Positions 25,947 through 37,195 of a stretch of 64,000 nucleotides of DNA are shown here, in pieces; the stretch's first letter is position 1; each line of letters opens with the position of its first letter. The stretch covers positions 118,606,001 through 118,670,000 of the forward strand of contig NC_135880.1 in NCBI RefSeq assembly GCF_964194155.1, read 5' to 3'. This stretch comes from Cetorhinus maximus (lineage: Eukaryota). Under the pieces are notes generated by a model. The model was given only the letters and a program-made list of their open reading frames with translations, did not search any database and was not told where the DNA came from. Position numbers and translations under genes: made by a program.

Positions 25947-26056
25947 TATAAAAGATACAATTGAATGAATTACTACAATCATTAATAGAATTACAAAAAC
26001 ACAAGCAACCTGGGTAATCTAACTTTTCCCAAGATTGTTGCAAATTAGAGGTTAGA

Positions 26057-26320
26057 TAGTATCAGTTTGGCTCAGTTGTAGTGCTCTTGCCTCTAAGGCA
26101 GATGGTTGTAGGTTCAAGTCTCAGCTCAGCTTGGCGGCAAAATCTACATGACACATCTGCTGAAAAAGTGCTGTATTATTTCAATTGTGATATTTTGTGA
26201 GAGATGTTGACTGGGGACCTGACTGTTTTTTCAGGTGGATTTAAAAGATTCCATGATACTATTGAAGGAGAGGAATTTTCCCAGTGTTCTGCCAACGATT
26301 ATCCCTCAGCTATCACCTCC
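26057..26320 (+). mobile_element. tRNA-derived Deu-domain-type SINE, decayed
   Basis: A-box-like TGGCTCAGTTG and B-box-like GGTTCAAGTC, followed by CAGGTGGATTTAAAAGATTCCATG...TTATCCCTCA, which I recall as the DeuSINE central domain. Confidence 0.6.
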
Positions 26321-26449
26321 AAAATTTGATTTTTAAAAAAATTTTCTGTCCTTTAGTTCAGGTGATTCATTAAAATTTAAATGTTACAGTCAGAATGCTT
26401 TGCTGTTTTCATCGTGAACTGTCATCTTGGCATAAAGATGGAAATCACA

Positions 26450-27260
26450 AATTTGTATTCATGATCCCCTTGTTCCATCAGCCTCATTTCTTGAACTCTA
26501 ATGACTGCAAGCAATGGCATTATATTATTCTTCCTTCAACATACACATGCATGATGGTAACTGCATGAAAATTTCTTTGCGGTGGCTGCATCTAGATTGA
26601 TACTTGACAACGCCTGCTGACTTTGTACAATTACAGTGTTTAACGTGACTCGATTATAATATGCAGTTCTCAGAAACTCTATGGTAGACATTGAAAAGGG
26701 AAGATTGGCATGATGTTGAGAAAAGTCAAGACATTTACCCATCCCCTCCAAGACAGCAAAGAGATCTGGCACTTTAAACAGTGTGTTGTATAGAATAGGA
26801 CAAGTTGGAATTTTGTCATCAACACTGCTAGTTTCTCGAAACAAAGTCTTTCAGCTACACTGGATTACTCGAAGAAAGACCTATTCATGGGGATGTAGCA
26901 AATGCAAAACCACTTAATCCTTAGGCAATGATCATGGGAGCAGGGAATGAGGAATAGCAGTTAACATGTGAGCAGCATTCCACCAGGTTTCAGGTTTGTC
27001 AGCATTTACAGATACTAATGAAGAAGGCGTGGAAGGAATAAAAGTAACTAATGATTTTGTTATCTGGGAATAACTAAGCACTATTCTCCCAAAGAAGAAA
27101 CTGCACATGGAAAAATGGCCATTTCTCTGCTGAATTAAGATGAGACTACTTGGCTGTTCCCTTTCCCTTTTGAAAGTATAGGGGGAATTAATATCCAGCT
27201 GTATCAACAGCAGTAGTCAAGTACCTTGCCTGTCCTCACATTTATCTGCTATTGCAATGA
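26450..27260 (+). pseudogene. Highly decayed hAT-family transposase relic
   Basis: Motifs in hAT order across frames: TLKREDWHDVEK (about 26690), PLNP* (LDPR-like, about 26910), PFPF*K...YPAVSTAVVKYLACP (dimerisation domain, about 27160-27237). Confidence 0.45.
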
Positions 27261-28112
27261 TCGTAGAACAACAAAGAGTTACATCACTCATGGTTGCACC
27301 TTTAAACCTTTCTCAACCACTCATTATAAGACTGACTCTATTTTGGATACTAAGTTGATGGATGTCTCTGGCCTCGGCAATGGTATTTATAATGTGAGAA
27401 CAGTCGTAGCACTAGACTGGCATCCGTTTTGGCTGTACATAAAAAGTGATTCAGCAGCAAAGTCATTTGGCACAATATTTGGAGATCATTATCCAAAAAA
27501 CTATGGACAATTGGCACTGCTTTGCAACTTTAATTGTTAGTCCCCACTACCAGCCTTCAACTCAAGCCTTTGCTGCCTCCACCATGACTGGTCTATCTGT
27601 GTGAATTGAACTGCTGTTTTTCCATGAATACATTAACACAATTGTTCAATGTGTCTCCCCTAGTGGGTTTAGTTTTGAAAAAATATTTTAGCAGCATAAG
27701 AAAATGCAACTATGTCCAAAAGCTTCAAATTGCATTTTTAAATGGTCATGCCCATAGATAAATAGGGTATAATTAGTTCTTTTAATATTTACTTTTTGAT
27801 TTCCATTGTATAAATCCAAATGTTTTGCAATTGAAATTCAACTGTTTTTAAGTTGACTGCTTTCAACAATTTTTTCTCCCACCTTTCTGTAGTACTCAAA
27901 TGCTATGGGGTTAAATGGGCTAGCCCCTAAAAAACAGGCTTGGGGATCCCAGTGTGATTAACCTGTGCCCATTCATTACATCCCCGGCAAGCAGCATGTT
28001 AAAATTGTGCTGCCTACTTTTTTTAAATGATTGTTGTGTGCAGTCAGTACCATCTGCGCTATTGATTGGCTGCACGCATCAGAAGGAGGCTCAATATTGT
28101 AGGTGGCTAATG

Positions 28113-29325
28113 CTAAGAACATAAGAAGTAGGAGCAGGAGTAGTCCATTTTCCCCCTCCAGCTTTCTGCATCATTCAGGTCAATAAGATCACTGCAATCT
28201 GATTTTGGCTTTAGCTCCACTTTGGCTTTAGCTACCACCCGATAACCCTTGACTCCCTTGTGTTATGACGTGGCAGCTGATGTGTGCTAGGAGGACCAAA
28301 TCTACAAGGGAAACTTGGTCAAACTATCAAACGGTTTTACAATTTGTATTTATTATGAGATGCGTTCACTGAATTCAGAAGTATTAAGTCCACTAAGACC
28401 TTTAGGACTTTTAAAAATTAAATTAAAATATTTATTAATAAAATATAAAAGATTTCAAGCACATACATAAGACTACAATTATTTACTACTATAATAACTC
28501 CTAAAATTCCTAATTAATTTGACCCCCAGTCACAGTCCCTTTAAGGCAACGGTCTAAAATAGATTTTAGATTTAAAACAGAACCAGTAAGTTAACACAAT
28601 ACCCACTTGACAGTGGAATTCCAAATGGCTTTCCCCAACTTCAGTTTCATTATATAGCAGACTGGAGGCTTCATTCAGGCTATTTCACACATTCCTGTTA
28701 GATCTTACATGGCCTTCTGACACACAGCATTTCATTCTCCTTTATATATGTATTTCTCTCTTTAATATGTAAATTCTATTGTTCCATATGTCTTTGGAAC
28801 TGTATCTTTCTCGTAATATAAAAACTTGCATGTTGCCAATATTATCAGTAACCTTTGGGAAAAATAAACACATTCCTTAGTCTTGCTGATCTGGCTAGTT
28901 GTAAACAGACTAAAATTCCTTTGAAATCCAAAACTCTTCATTTATCTAAAAATGCAAATTCCTTTCACACCTTAAATGCTAAGCCAGCATCCATGTTTAC
29001 TCATTAGCATGTCAAGCACCTAGCTTCTTTTGATGATTTCAAACTTGCCGTCTACTTGACTCTAAATGTAATTAAATAACACACAGACCCAACTATACTT
29101 ACCCCCATAAACCTACTTCAAAATAAACCAGAAAAATACTATGAAAATTATTATACTTTCATCACACTTGTCAATCAAAAATCTGTTTAACTCAGCCTTG
29201 ATTATATTCAAAGACCCAGCTTTCACTGGGGTAGAGGATTCCAAAGATTAACAACTCTCAGAGAAGAAATTCTTCCTCATTTCCTTCTTAAATGGGAGAT
29301 CCCTTATTCTGAAACTGTGTTCCTG
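28113..29325 (-). mobile_element. CR1 3' fragment, host of the solo LTR
   Basis: TAAGAACATAAGAAGTAGGAGCAGGAGTAG (reverse CR1 tail). The sequence GACTCCCTTG|TCAATCAAAAATCTG is continuous once the LTR is removed. Confidence 0.8.
28261..29166 (-). mobile_element. Solo LTR (906 bp) with 4-bp TSD CTTG
   Basis: TGTTATGA...TCATCACA termini (imperfect inverted repeat), CTTG on both sides, no coding content. Orientation is tentative, from TTTATT motifs. Confidence 0.85.
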
Positions 29326-29689
29326 TGCTACATTATAGGCTGCTTGCACCTTTTAAAGGGAGGTGTATTGCAAGATGTAAAGGGAGTCTTTTGAACAGTC
29401 AGTCTAAACTCTTATACTTTATGGAATGGTTGAACACGTGAGGGTGTGAACAGAAAGGTTTTCTGTCAAGGCACTAAAAGTCCTGGTGCAAGGCATGGAG
29501 AGAAAGAGAGACATCCTGTACCAGTATGAGGTTGGGGTAGGGGTGGGATGCTGCAGGGGGCCTCAATACAAATGGTCAGGAAGCAGTGGGGAGAAGTAGT
29601 AGAGGTCAATGTCGTAAGTATAGGTCGAAGAATATAGATATAGTGCAAGGAAAAGGTTCAACGATCTGAAACAAGTTCTCAAGGTGAGT

Positions 29690-30402
29690 GACTTTATCTT
29701 CAAATGAATCATGTCATATCTGACCCAGTGATGAGCTAATGACCACATATTTGTGCCACCACTAAGACCACCTATTCCATCTCTGTAACAACACCTGACT
29801 TTGCCTGTGCTCAGCTCATCTGCTGCTGAAACTTTCATTTGTGCCTTTGCCATTTCTTGAAATGCCTATTCCAATACATTCTACCCTCCATTTGAGGTCA
29901 TTCAAAACCCTGTAGCCTATGTCTTTATTCACATCAAGTCCTGTTCATTCATAACTCCTTTGTTCGCTGACTTACACTGGCTCCTGGTTAAGCAATATTT
30001 TGATTTTAGATTTTTCACCGTTGCTTTCAAATCCCTCCAAGGCCTCCCCCTCCCTATCTCTGTAATCTTCTCCAGCCCCACAACTCTCCAAGATATCTGC
30101 ACTCATCTAATTCTGGCTTCTTGAGCAACCCCGATGCTAATCATTCCACCATTGCTGGTCTCTCCTTCAGCTGCCTCAGCCCTAAGCTCTGGAATTCCCT
30201 CCCTAAACCCCTCTGCCTCTTCACCTCACATTCCTCCTTTAAGACAATCCTTAAATCCTACACCTTTGGCCAAGCTTTTGACCAGCAGCCCCAATACTGC
30301 CTTATGTGGCTCAGTGTCAATTTTTGCTTTATGCCGCTCCTGTGAAGTGCCTTGGGGTATTTTGTTGTGTTAATGGTACTCCTTAAATACAAACTATTGT
30401 GG
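29690..30402 (+). mobile_element. L2-type LINE 3' fragment
   Basis: LFADLHWLLVKQ, FSCLSPKLWNSLP, FKTILK, and a tail similar to 10560-10781. Confidence 0.8.
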
Positions 30403-30766
30403 TTCTTGATATATATACCTAACCTCACGCACTGCTCAATTCTCTACACTCCCATTATCCACCTTCGAACAATCTCAATCAATCAGCACTGAACACTGAA
30501 ATTCATTTGCTTATCTCACTCTTGCACTGTTAGCAATGTTGCAAGCCTCACGCTCAACTCACAGGAAGGATGTACTGGCAGCTACTCCAGCATGACAGCC
30601 ACATCACCCAACACAACATTGCACAACATTCATTGATACTTCTACCTTTCTTAGAGGAGAGGTTGGGGCATAAACAGAACAGCAGGAAAGAACTGGTGCA
30701 GGTCAAACACAGCTGCATGTTTTAAACCCTCTGGAAGAAAAAAGTGTTGGCCATTATCACTGATGC

Positions 30767-31087
30767 TGTAGCACAGTGATAATCTCACTGGGTTAGTAAT
30801 CCAGAGGCCCAGGCTAATGCTTTGGGGACTTGGGTTCAAATGGCAGCTGGTGGAATTTACATTCAATGAATGAATCTGAAATATAAAGCTAGTTTCAGTA
30901 ACTGTGACTATCACCGATTGTGGCAAAAACCCATTTGGTTCACTAATGTCCTTTAGGAAAGGAAATCTACTGCCCTTACCTGGCCTGGTCTACATGTGAC
31001 CTCAGACCCACAGCAATGTGGTTGACTCTTAACTGCCCTCTAAAATGGCCTAGCAAGCCACTCAGTTCAAGGGCATGAAAGAATAAA
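30767..31087 (+). mobile_element. tRNA-derived SINE with a family-A LINE-like tail
   Basis: GGGTTCAAAT B-box-like head, body GGTTCACTAATGTCCTTTAGG..ATGTGGTTGACTC shared with the copies at 38695 and 42348, end CAAGGGCA..GAATAAA. Confidence 0.8.
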
Positions 31088-32047
31088 GGAAACAAAACTC
31101 ATTTCAGGGATCAACGATGAGGACGTCTGCATACCTAATCATCTTTCTTCCTTCATACTTCTCCTTCATCCCACAATTTCTTCTGTGTGAAAAGCTACAG
31201 GCGAAGCAAGCATGCATTCCTTACTTTCTCTTCTCCCTGTGCTATAACCAACCCTTGTCCTCTTTCCATTTCCAGTCAGATGAGGAAAGGAAAGAAGACT
31301 GTGAGTATGAAGAGATTGTCACTCAATCTTACACTCGGAGCCACCAGCTCAAAGAACTGCACATATTTCAGAGAGTAGGGAAGAGCAGAGCGGAGGATGA
31401 GTTTGCACACTATTACTGTTGCAGATGAGGACTTTGATGAGTGAAGCTACAGGAGAATGCTGATGTGAATACATAAACAAATGCTTGCTGCATTGGAAAG
31501 TCTGTCAGAAAGCTTGCACTTAATCTCAAGGAGCAGGAGCCAAATTCCAACTTGGCACAGAGCTTGTTCCAACATGGAACAGGTGGTCTTCTCCATCAGC
31601 ACAATAGGGGAACCAACTATCATGCAGGGTCTGATGTCTAACGTTAGCTTGCCTTGCAGTGTAACACCTTCCGCTGTATAAACAGCTTCCAAAGGTCTTA
31701 GTGCCATAGTAGAAGCTCACACAGCTCCCATATTCGATCTACTGTTCATAAAGGGCTTCCACGGCATCACAGCAGACCAGCCATCTGTTCTCTAACAGGT
31801 TAGTAGGATTGCTGTGATGCTGCCTCAGGATAGTGGCAGTGGCTACATGGAATACAAATCTGCTGTCCTCTCTCAGGAGGGTAACATTCCACCTCCCAAC
31901 CCTGCTACTCTGCCAGTGCCCTTGCAGTTACCTGTCAGCCAGCTAGACCAGGCTGTTGCAGTCCCGGCTGAGATAGTGCAGTCTGAAGCAAAGCCTTCTA
32001 TGCCCAGAGCTACTCAAGGTCACCCTACACAACCGTGTGCAGTCTCC

Positions 32048-32817
32048 TGACAGGGAGGAGAGATAAACTGAAACTCCTAATTCCCTTCCCTTCTGTCCAT
32101 AATCAGTGTGGTTTATTTTTTAAAAGGTAAATGTGTGGTTCTAAAGCCCCATTAGAATGTGGTCATTTCTAAAAGTACCAGCAGCAGACCTTCATGATTT
32201 AAACAAAAAGGATTATTTATTCACACACTCACCCTGAAAGATCTAAACGCTAGGTCAGTCACACACCACACAATCAAGAAAGGATAAAATTAAAGAAGAT
32301 AGTGCACTCCTACAAGTATAAACCAAAAGAATAGCTAACAGTTCACATGCCTTTGTGAGTCCAATGAAGAAAGAAGCTTTTTCCCACTCTTGAATTATAG
32401 TTCTGATAAGGTCAGGGAGCTGAGGTCAGATGTCAGGATCACTGCAGGATTTCTTCAATGAGAAGAATGTTCAACAGGTCAGATACTTGTGGCTGTTTTA
32501 TCAGGAGATCCAATTTTTTTGTGTGTGAACTCGGAGCTTTGGAATCAGGCTGGGAAGCTTTTTTTAAAAAACTCTTAAGCCTCTCGCTTCTTAAAAAGCA
32601 AAGGTGGTACAGCCTTTCTCTGCAGCCGTTGATTTTGTTGGTGTTATCCTGAAGACTGCCCAGGTCTCTTCTGAGTTTTGGGATAAAAGGATTTCAGTAT
32701 CAGAGAACCAGTTTCAGTCAAATGGTCAATGGCCATTGATATACAGAAGAAGGGAGATAATGGTCTTTCACACTTAACTTGTGGATAATTGGTCTCATCA
32801 GCTTTCCTTTTCAACAT
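32048..32817 (-). mobile_element. Possible solo LTR
   Basis: TG...CA-bounded segment with a TTTATT(CA)n block that cuts off the Myb relic. No convincing TSD. Confidence 0.3.
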
Positions 32818-33242
32818 CATAAAGCTGGAGTCACAGGCCCAGGGATTGGCGGACCTGACGTTTAAAAATGTCCACCCATGGATCAGATATTAGTTTGGTG
32901 GGAGCAGGCTAAAAAAACTAGTGGGAGCGGGCTACCCTGAACGACTGCGCAGTCTGCCAGGTGTGGAGGCGGACTGGACATAAGGCATGCCTCTGTGCTC
33001 CGGCACTGTATTTATATAAATAAAATAATAATAATAAAACAAAAAACATCTATCCAGCCCTCAACCCTCTCTCCCCTCACCCCCCACACACTCAGTATGC
33101 CCCATCCATGCCAAGCTATGACAACTCATGCCCCCCATTGCACCTCACACCCCTTTGCAAACTTAGTGTCAACCTATGCCAACCCTTGCCCCCCCACCCA
33201 CTACCCTTTGCTCTTAACCTTTCCTTGCCAACTCACCTAGTA

Positions 33243-33530
33243 CCTTGGACAGTTTCTTGACAGCTTTGAAACTTTATGAGCACCTTTGACAAGCTTGACA
33301 CTGGATCCTGGACATCCTGGACGGGTTTGACAGCTTGGGCAGGGTTTGACACTGCCTTGGCCGCTTTGATAGGGTTTGGACAATTCCTGGATAGCTTTGA
33401 CAGGGTCTGACACTTCCTGGACAGCTTTTACAGATTTAACACTTAGTGGACAGCTTGACAGCTCTTTAACAATTCCTTAACAGCTGGGCAGTCCCTTGAG
33501 AGTTGGACAGTTCCTTACAGCTTGATAGTT
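33243..33530 (+). repeat. Degenerate ~10-bp tandem array with core TTGACAG/TGGACAG
   Basis: Repeated ttgacagc, ttgacac, tggacag, ttaacag variants at roughly 9-12 bp spacing. Confidence 0.75.
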
Positions 33531-33638
33531 CCAATAAGTTTGTGCGTAAAAAGTACATAAACATGTTCAGTTTTAATAATCCCAAAGGATGCTTTACCTC
33601 TCCCAAAGGTGTCTCTGGATCCTTTTCAAAGGAGTATC

Positions 33639-34641
33639 TTTTTTTTATTCACTCATGGGATGCGGGTGTCGCTAACTAGGCCAGCATTTATTACCCATCC
33701 CTAATTGCTCTTGAGAAGGTGGTGGTGAGCCGCCCTCTTGAACTGCTGCAGTCCATGTGGTTTGGTACACCCACAATGCTGTTGGAGAAGGAGATCCAAG
33801 ATTTTGATCCAGCGACAGTGAAGGAATGGCAATATATTTCCAAGTCAGGAGGAGAATTTCTAGGTGGTGGCGTTCCCATGTGTCTGCTGATCTCTCCTTC
33901 TAGATGGTAGTGGTCGTGGATTTGGAAGGTGCTGTCAAAGGAGCCTTGGTGAATTTCTGCAGTGCATCTTGTAGATGGTACATACTGCTGCCACTGTCCG
34001 TTAGTGGTAAAGGGAGTGAATGTTTCTGGATGGGGTGCCAATCAAACGGGCTGCTTTGTCCCAAATGGTGTTAAGCTTCTTGATTGTTGCTAGAGCTACA
34101 CTCATCCAGGCAAGTGGGTAGTATTCCATCACACTCCTGACTTGTGCCTTGTAGGTGGAGGACAGGCTTTGGGGAATCAGGAGGTGAGTTCCTTGATGCA
34201 GGATTCCTAGCCTCTGGTCTGCTCTTGTAACCATAGTATTTATATGGCTAGTCCAGTTCAGTTTCTGGTTAGTGGTAACCCCCCAATGATGTTGATAGTG
34301 TGGGATAAGTGATGGTAATGTCACTGAATGTCAAGAGGCAATGGTTAGATTCTCTCTTGTGTGGCACGAATGTTACTTGCCACTTATAAGCCCAAGCCTG
34401 GATATTGTCCAGGACTTGCTGCATTTGGACATGCACTGCTTCAGTATCTGAGGAATCACAAATGGTGCTGAATATTGTGCAATCATCAGCGAACATCTGA
34501 CCTTATGATGGAAGGAAGGTCTTTGATGAAGCAGCTGGAAATGGTTGGGCCTAGGAGACTACCCTGAGGAACTCCTGCAGTGATGTCCTGGTACTGAGAT
34601 GATTGACTTCCAACAACCACAACCATTTTCCTTTGTGCTAG
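33639..34641 (-). mobile_element. 5'-truncated CR1-group LINE (family A)
   Basis: MFADDCTIFSTI, QKLNWTSHIN, and a reverse tail with poly-T at 33639. Confidence 0.92.
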
Positions 34642-35250
34642 CTATCTAAATGCATCCATCAAGTTCAGACCTCCTCTTACCTGTTCTAATCTTAACACTC
34701 CAGATTCCACACTCCTGTTCTTCCAAAATCCCACTTCAGTGGAGGCAGCTGGTGATTTAATTGGCCAGCTGCCTTCACGAATTGCACATGCGCCTACCTT
34801 GGCCCAGTCCTGCTCCAGTGAAGATGGGAAATACCAGGCTCGGGAGTGTGACCTAGAATTTATCGCCATTTCCAGGAGAGGCTCCCTGTTATGGTGAAAA
34901 TCCAAGCCGTAGAATCTAGGAGTCCACTGACTGTGTTTTGGAGTAAGCTTCAAACAATAGCAAGCATGACTTCCACAAAGGAGTGTTGTCTAGGCATGTC
35001 CATTCAAGGCAGAGACCCCTACCCAGTATGATTCAATTCGGGACATTCTGGAAGCTTGATAGTCTGAGTTGAAGTTACTCAGGTCACCTGACTCCCTTGG
35101 CAGCCATCTTAACAGTTCATTAGTGTCTATTTTTAAATAAATAGAGGTAGTTCCTGAAGCTTCCACATGAGCAGAGTCCGAGTTTAAAGTTATGAATATG
35201 ACATGCCTTTTACTGTGCATGACACTCCTCAATTAAAGATCAGAAACACA

Positions 35251-37195
35251 GGCCAGGATTTTCTGTTTGGGGGTGGGGGAGGCGGAGCAGGAGTGGGCGC
35301 AGCCGGGTGTGGACCCGATTACCACCCATGATCGGGTCCGCTCTGCCATTTTACGCGAGCAGGCCAATTAAAGCCCGCCCAGCATATTTGCTGACTCCCG
35401 TGGATAGCGGGAGCGGGGGGGGGCTGCGGCGGGTGTGCACAGACCGCTGGGTCCAATGGCGACCCAGCAGTCTGTTGAAAGAAGGCCTGGCAGCCTTTTG
35501 TAGGCTGCTCACAATGGCCAGTTCCAGGGCGCACCAGAGTGGTTCGGGTGGGCAGGCCAGGCTGGAAGGAATGGTAGAGGAGCAGGGCAGGCTGCAGGGT
35601 AGGCCAGTGGGGGGCTAATGCGTCCCTTGTTTTTCTGATGAATGCCTTGCTGCCCTCCTCAAGGAGGTGGCAGCATGGCGAGAGGTGTTGGTCCCCCAGG
35701 ATGGGAGGAGGAGGCCCTCCACATGACCAAAGGTGCCTGGGAGGAGGTGGCGGAGGTGGTGAGCTCCCGTGATGTGGTGCAGCGCACCTGGATCCAGTGC
35801 CGCAAACGCTTCAATGATTTGTTGCGCTATTGCAGGGTGAGTACCAATGTTGGCATTGGGCATATAACCCAGCAGGTAGCCTTTCTCTCTGAGGACCCCC
35901 CCCCCACCTCCAAGTCTTACTGTCATGACTGCATTGAATCATTTATGGCATTTTTCCTTTGCTGGGTGGCCAAGCAGATAGTGCCCATACTGAAGTCAGC
36001 CTGAGTGGTTCATGAGGAGATGAGTTCTCCCCTGCACCATGTGTTGCTCTTAGTCGCGCATGGCTAGTCTGGGAGCAAACCGGAGGAGGCGCATACTCAG
36101 AACTCCAGCACATGTCCTATTCAGGGCGGTGAGATGGTGGCAGGGGAGCCTCAAGGTGTCATGGCAAAGAACCATCTGCTGCCCACTACGCTGAACATGA
36201 TTGCGCCTCCTTGCTATGGGAAGAAATACCGTGTGGTTCCTAATGTGATGTACGCAGCATGTGTCCAAGGGGGCATTGGGGGGGTGGGGAGCAGGCGTAA
36301 CATCTTTGTCTGAGTGATCGGCAACAGTGGGGAGAGGAGGCACTGGAGGCCTGATATGCCCCACTCTGGTTGGGGTGTGGCGTGCGAGTGCAGAGTCCAT
36401 GTGCAATTTTCCCTAATGAATGGTCTTCTCTCTTTTTCAGGAGAAGAATGCTCATAACGCGTCCAAGCGTGCGAGGACTGGAGGTGGCCAGGTACAGCTC
36501 TCCATATTAACCCAGTTTGAGCAGGAGGCCCTTGAGCTGGAGAGGCGCTATGCACCCAGGTCTGCTGGTGTCGGTGAGGCTGGGGTGGCACGGTCAGGTA
36601 TTTGAGGCCAACAGTGAGATCCGCAATGTCCCCCCAACATCCATAGCACTGATGATTGTTTAATTGGTTATTGTTGCAACATTGCTGGTTCTGGAAGGTT
36701 GAGCGCTTAATGAGCCAGGGGGACAGGGATGAAGTTTGTCAGTGTGTGCATGCTAACTGATCCATTGTCCTTGTTCTTCCTTTCAGCATCATCAGAGCAC
36801 GGTCGGGAGGAGGAGCAGCAGAAGCCCCCTCCCACACCTGAGGGCCCTGAAGTCTCACCAGCATCACACCATTTCTGCGAGGCAGGCGCCAGAATTTGAA
36901 CATCGGCTAATGTCCCGGAACACAGTGGTGAGGGCACTTCACAGTGGCTGGAGGAGCTGGCAGAGACAGAGAGTGCCCATGGTGCCAGCAGTCAGAGAAC
37001 TGCAGGGGACCAGGCAAATGCTCAGTCGGTGCCTGATGACGTGCCTCTGGAGTCGTCCGCGATGCAGTAAGTGCAGGAAACGCGGCCGGGTGTGCGGGAG
37101 AATCTGGTGGAGATACACAAAGCTATTCTTGGCTTGGTGTCCGTGGTGGAGGAGTCTACGCGGACGATCGCCGAAGCAATGAGCCACATGTCCAG
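35251..37195 (+). mobile_element. Truncated Harbinger element carrying a Myb/SANT gene relic (exons about 35514-35836, 36441-36597, 36787 to beyond 37190)
   Basis: TIR-like GGCCAGGATTTTC; PCFSDECL...AWEEVAEVVSSRDVVQRTWIQCRKRFNDLLR; GT-AG introns; paralogous to the element at 60316. Confidence 0.88.

Larger units (their letters stand above)
27907..32050 (+). mobile_element. Old Harbinger remnant with Myb/SANT gene relic, interrupted by CR1, solo LTR, L2 and SINE
   Basis: 29440-29690 reads as a decayed SANT exon (AAGCAGTGG..GAGGTCAATG..GCAAGGAAAAGGTTCAACGATCTG, KRFNDL, then donor GTGAGT). Exon-2-like sequence at 30655-30760 and exon-3-like sequence at 31275-32050. The left boundary is tentative. 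Confidence 0.55.

Noticed and set aside
25741-25947. miRNA precursor, terminator or DNA-transposon MITE reading of the hairpin
   Set aside because: The long TSD, unpaired leader, single-arm relative at 55234 and hammerhead motif fit a Penelope-type retro-insertion better.
30767-30850. tRNA gene
   Set aside because: Only box-like remnants are present, continuous with a SINE body found three times, and there is no cloverleaf.
33243-33530. CRISPR-like array
   Set aside because: The units are about 10 bp and degenerate with no unique spacers, there are no cas genes, and the context is eukaryotic.
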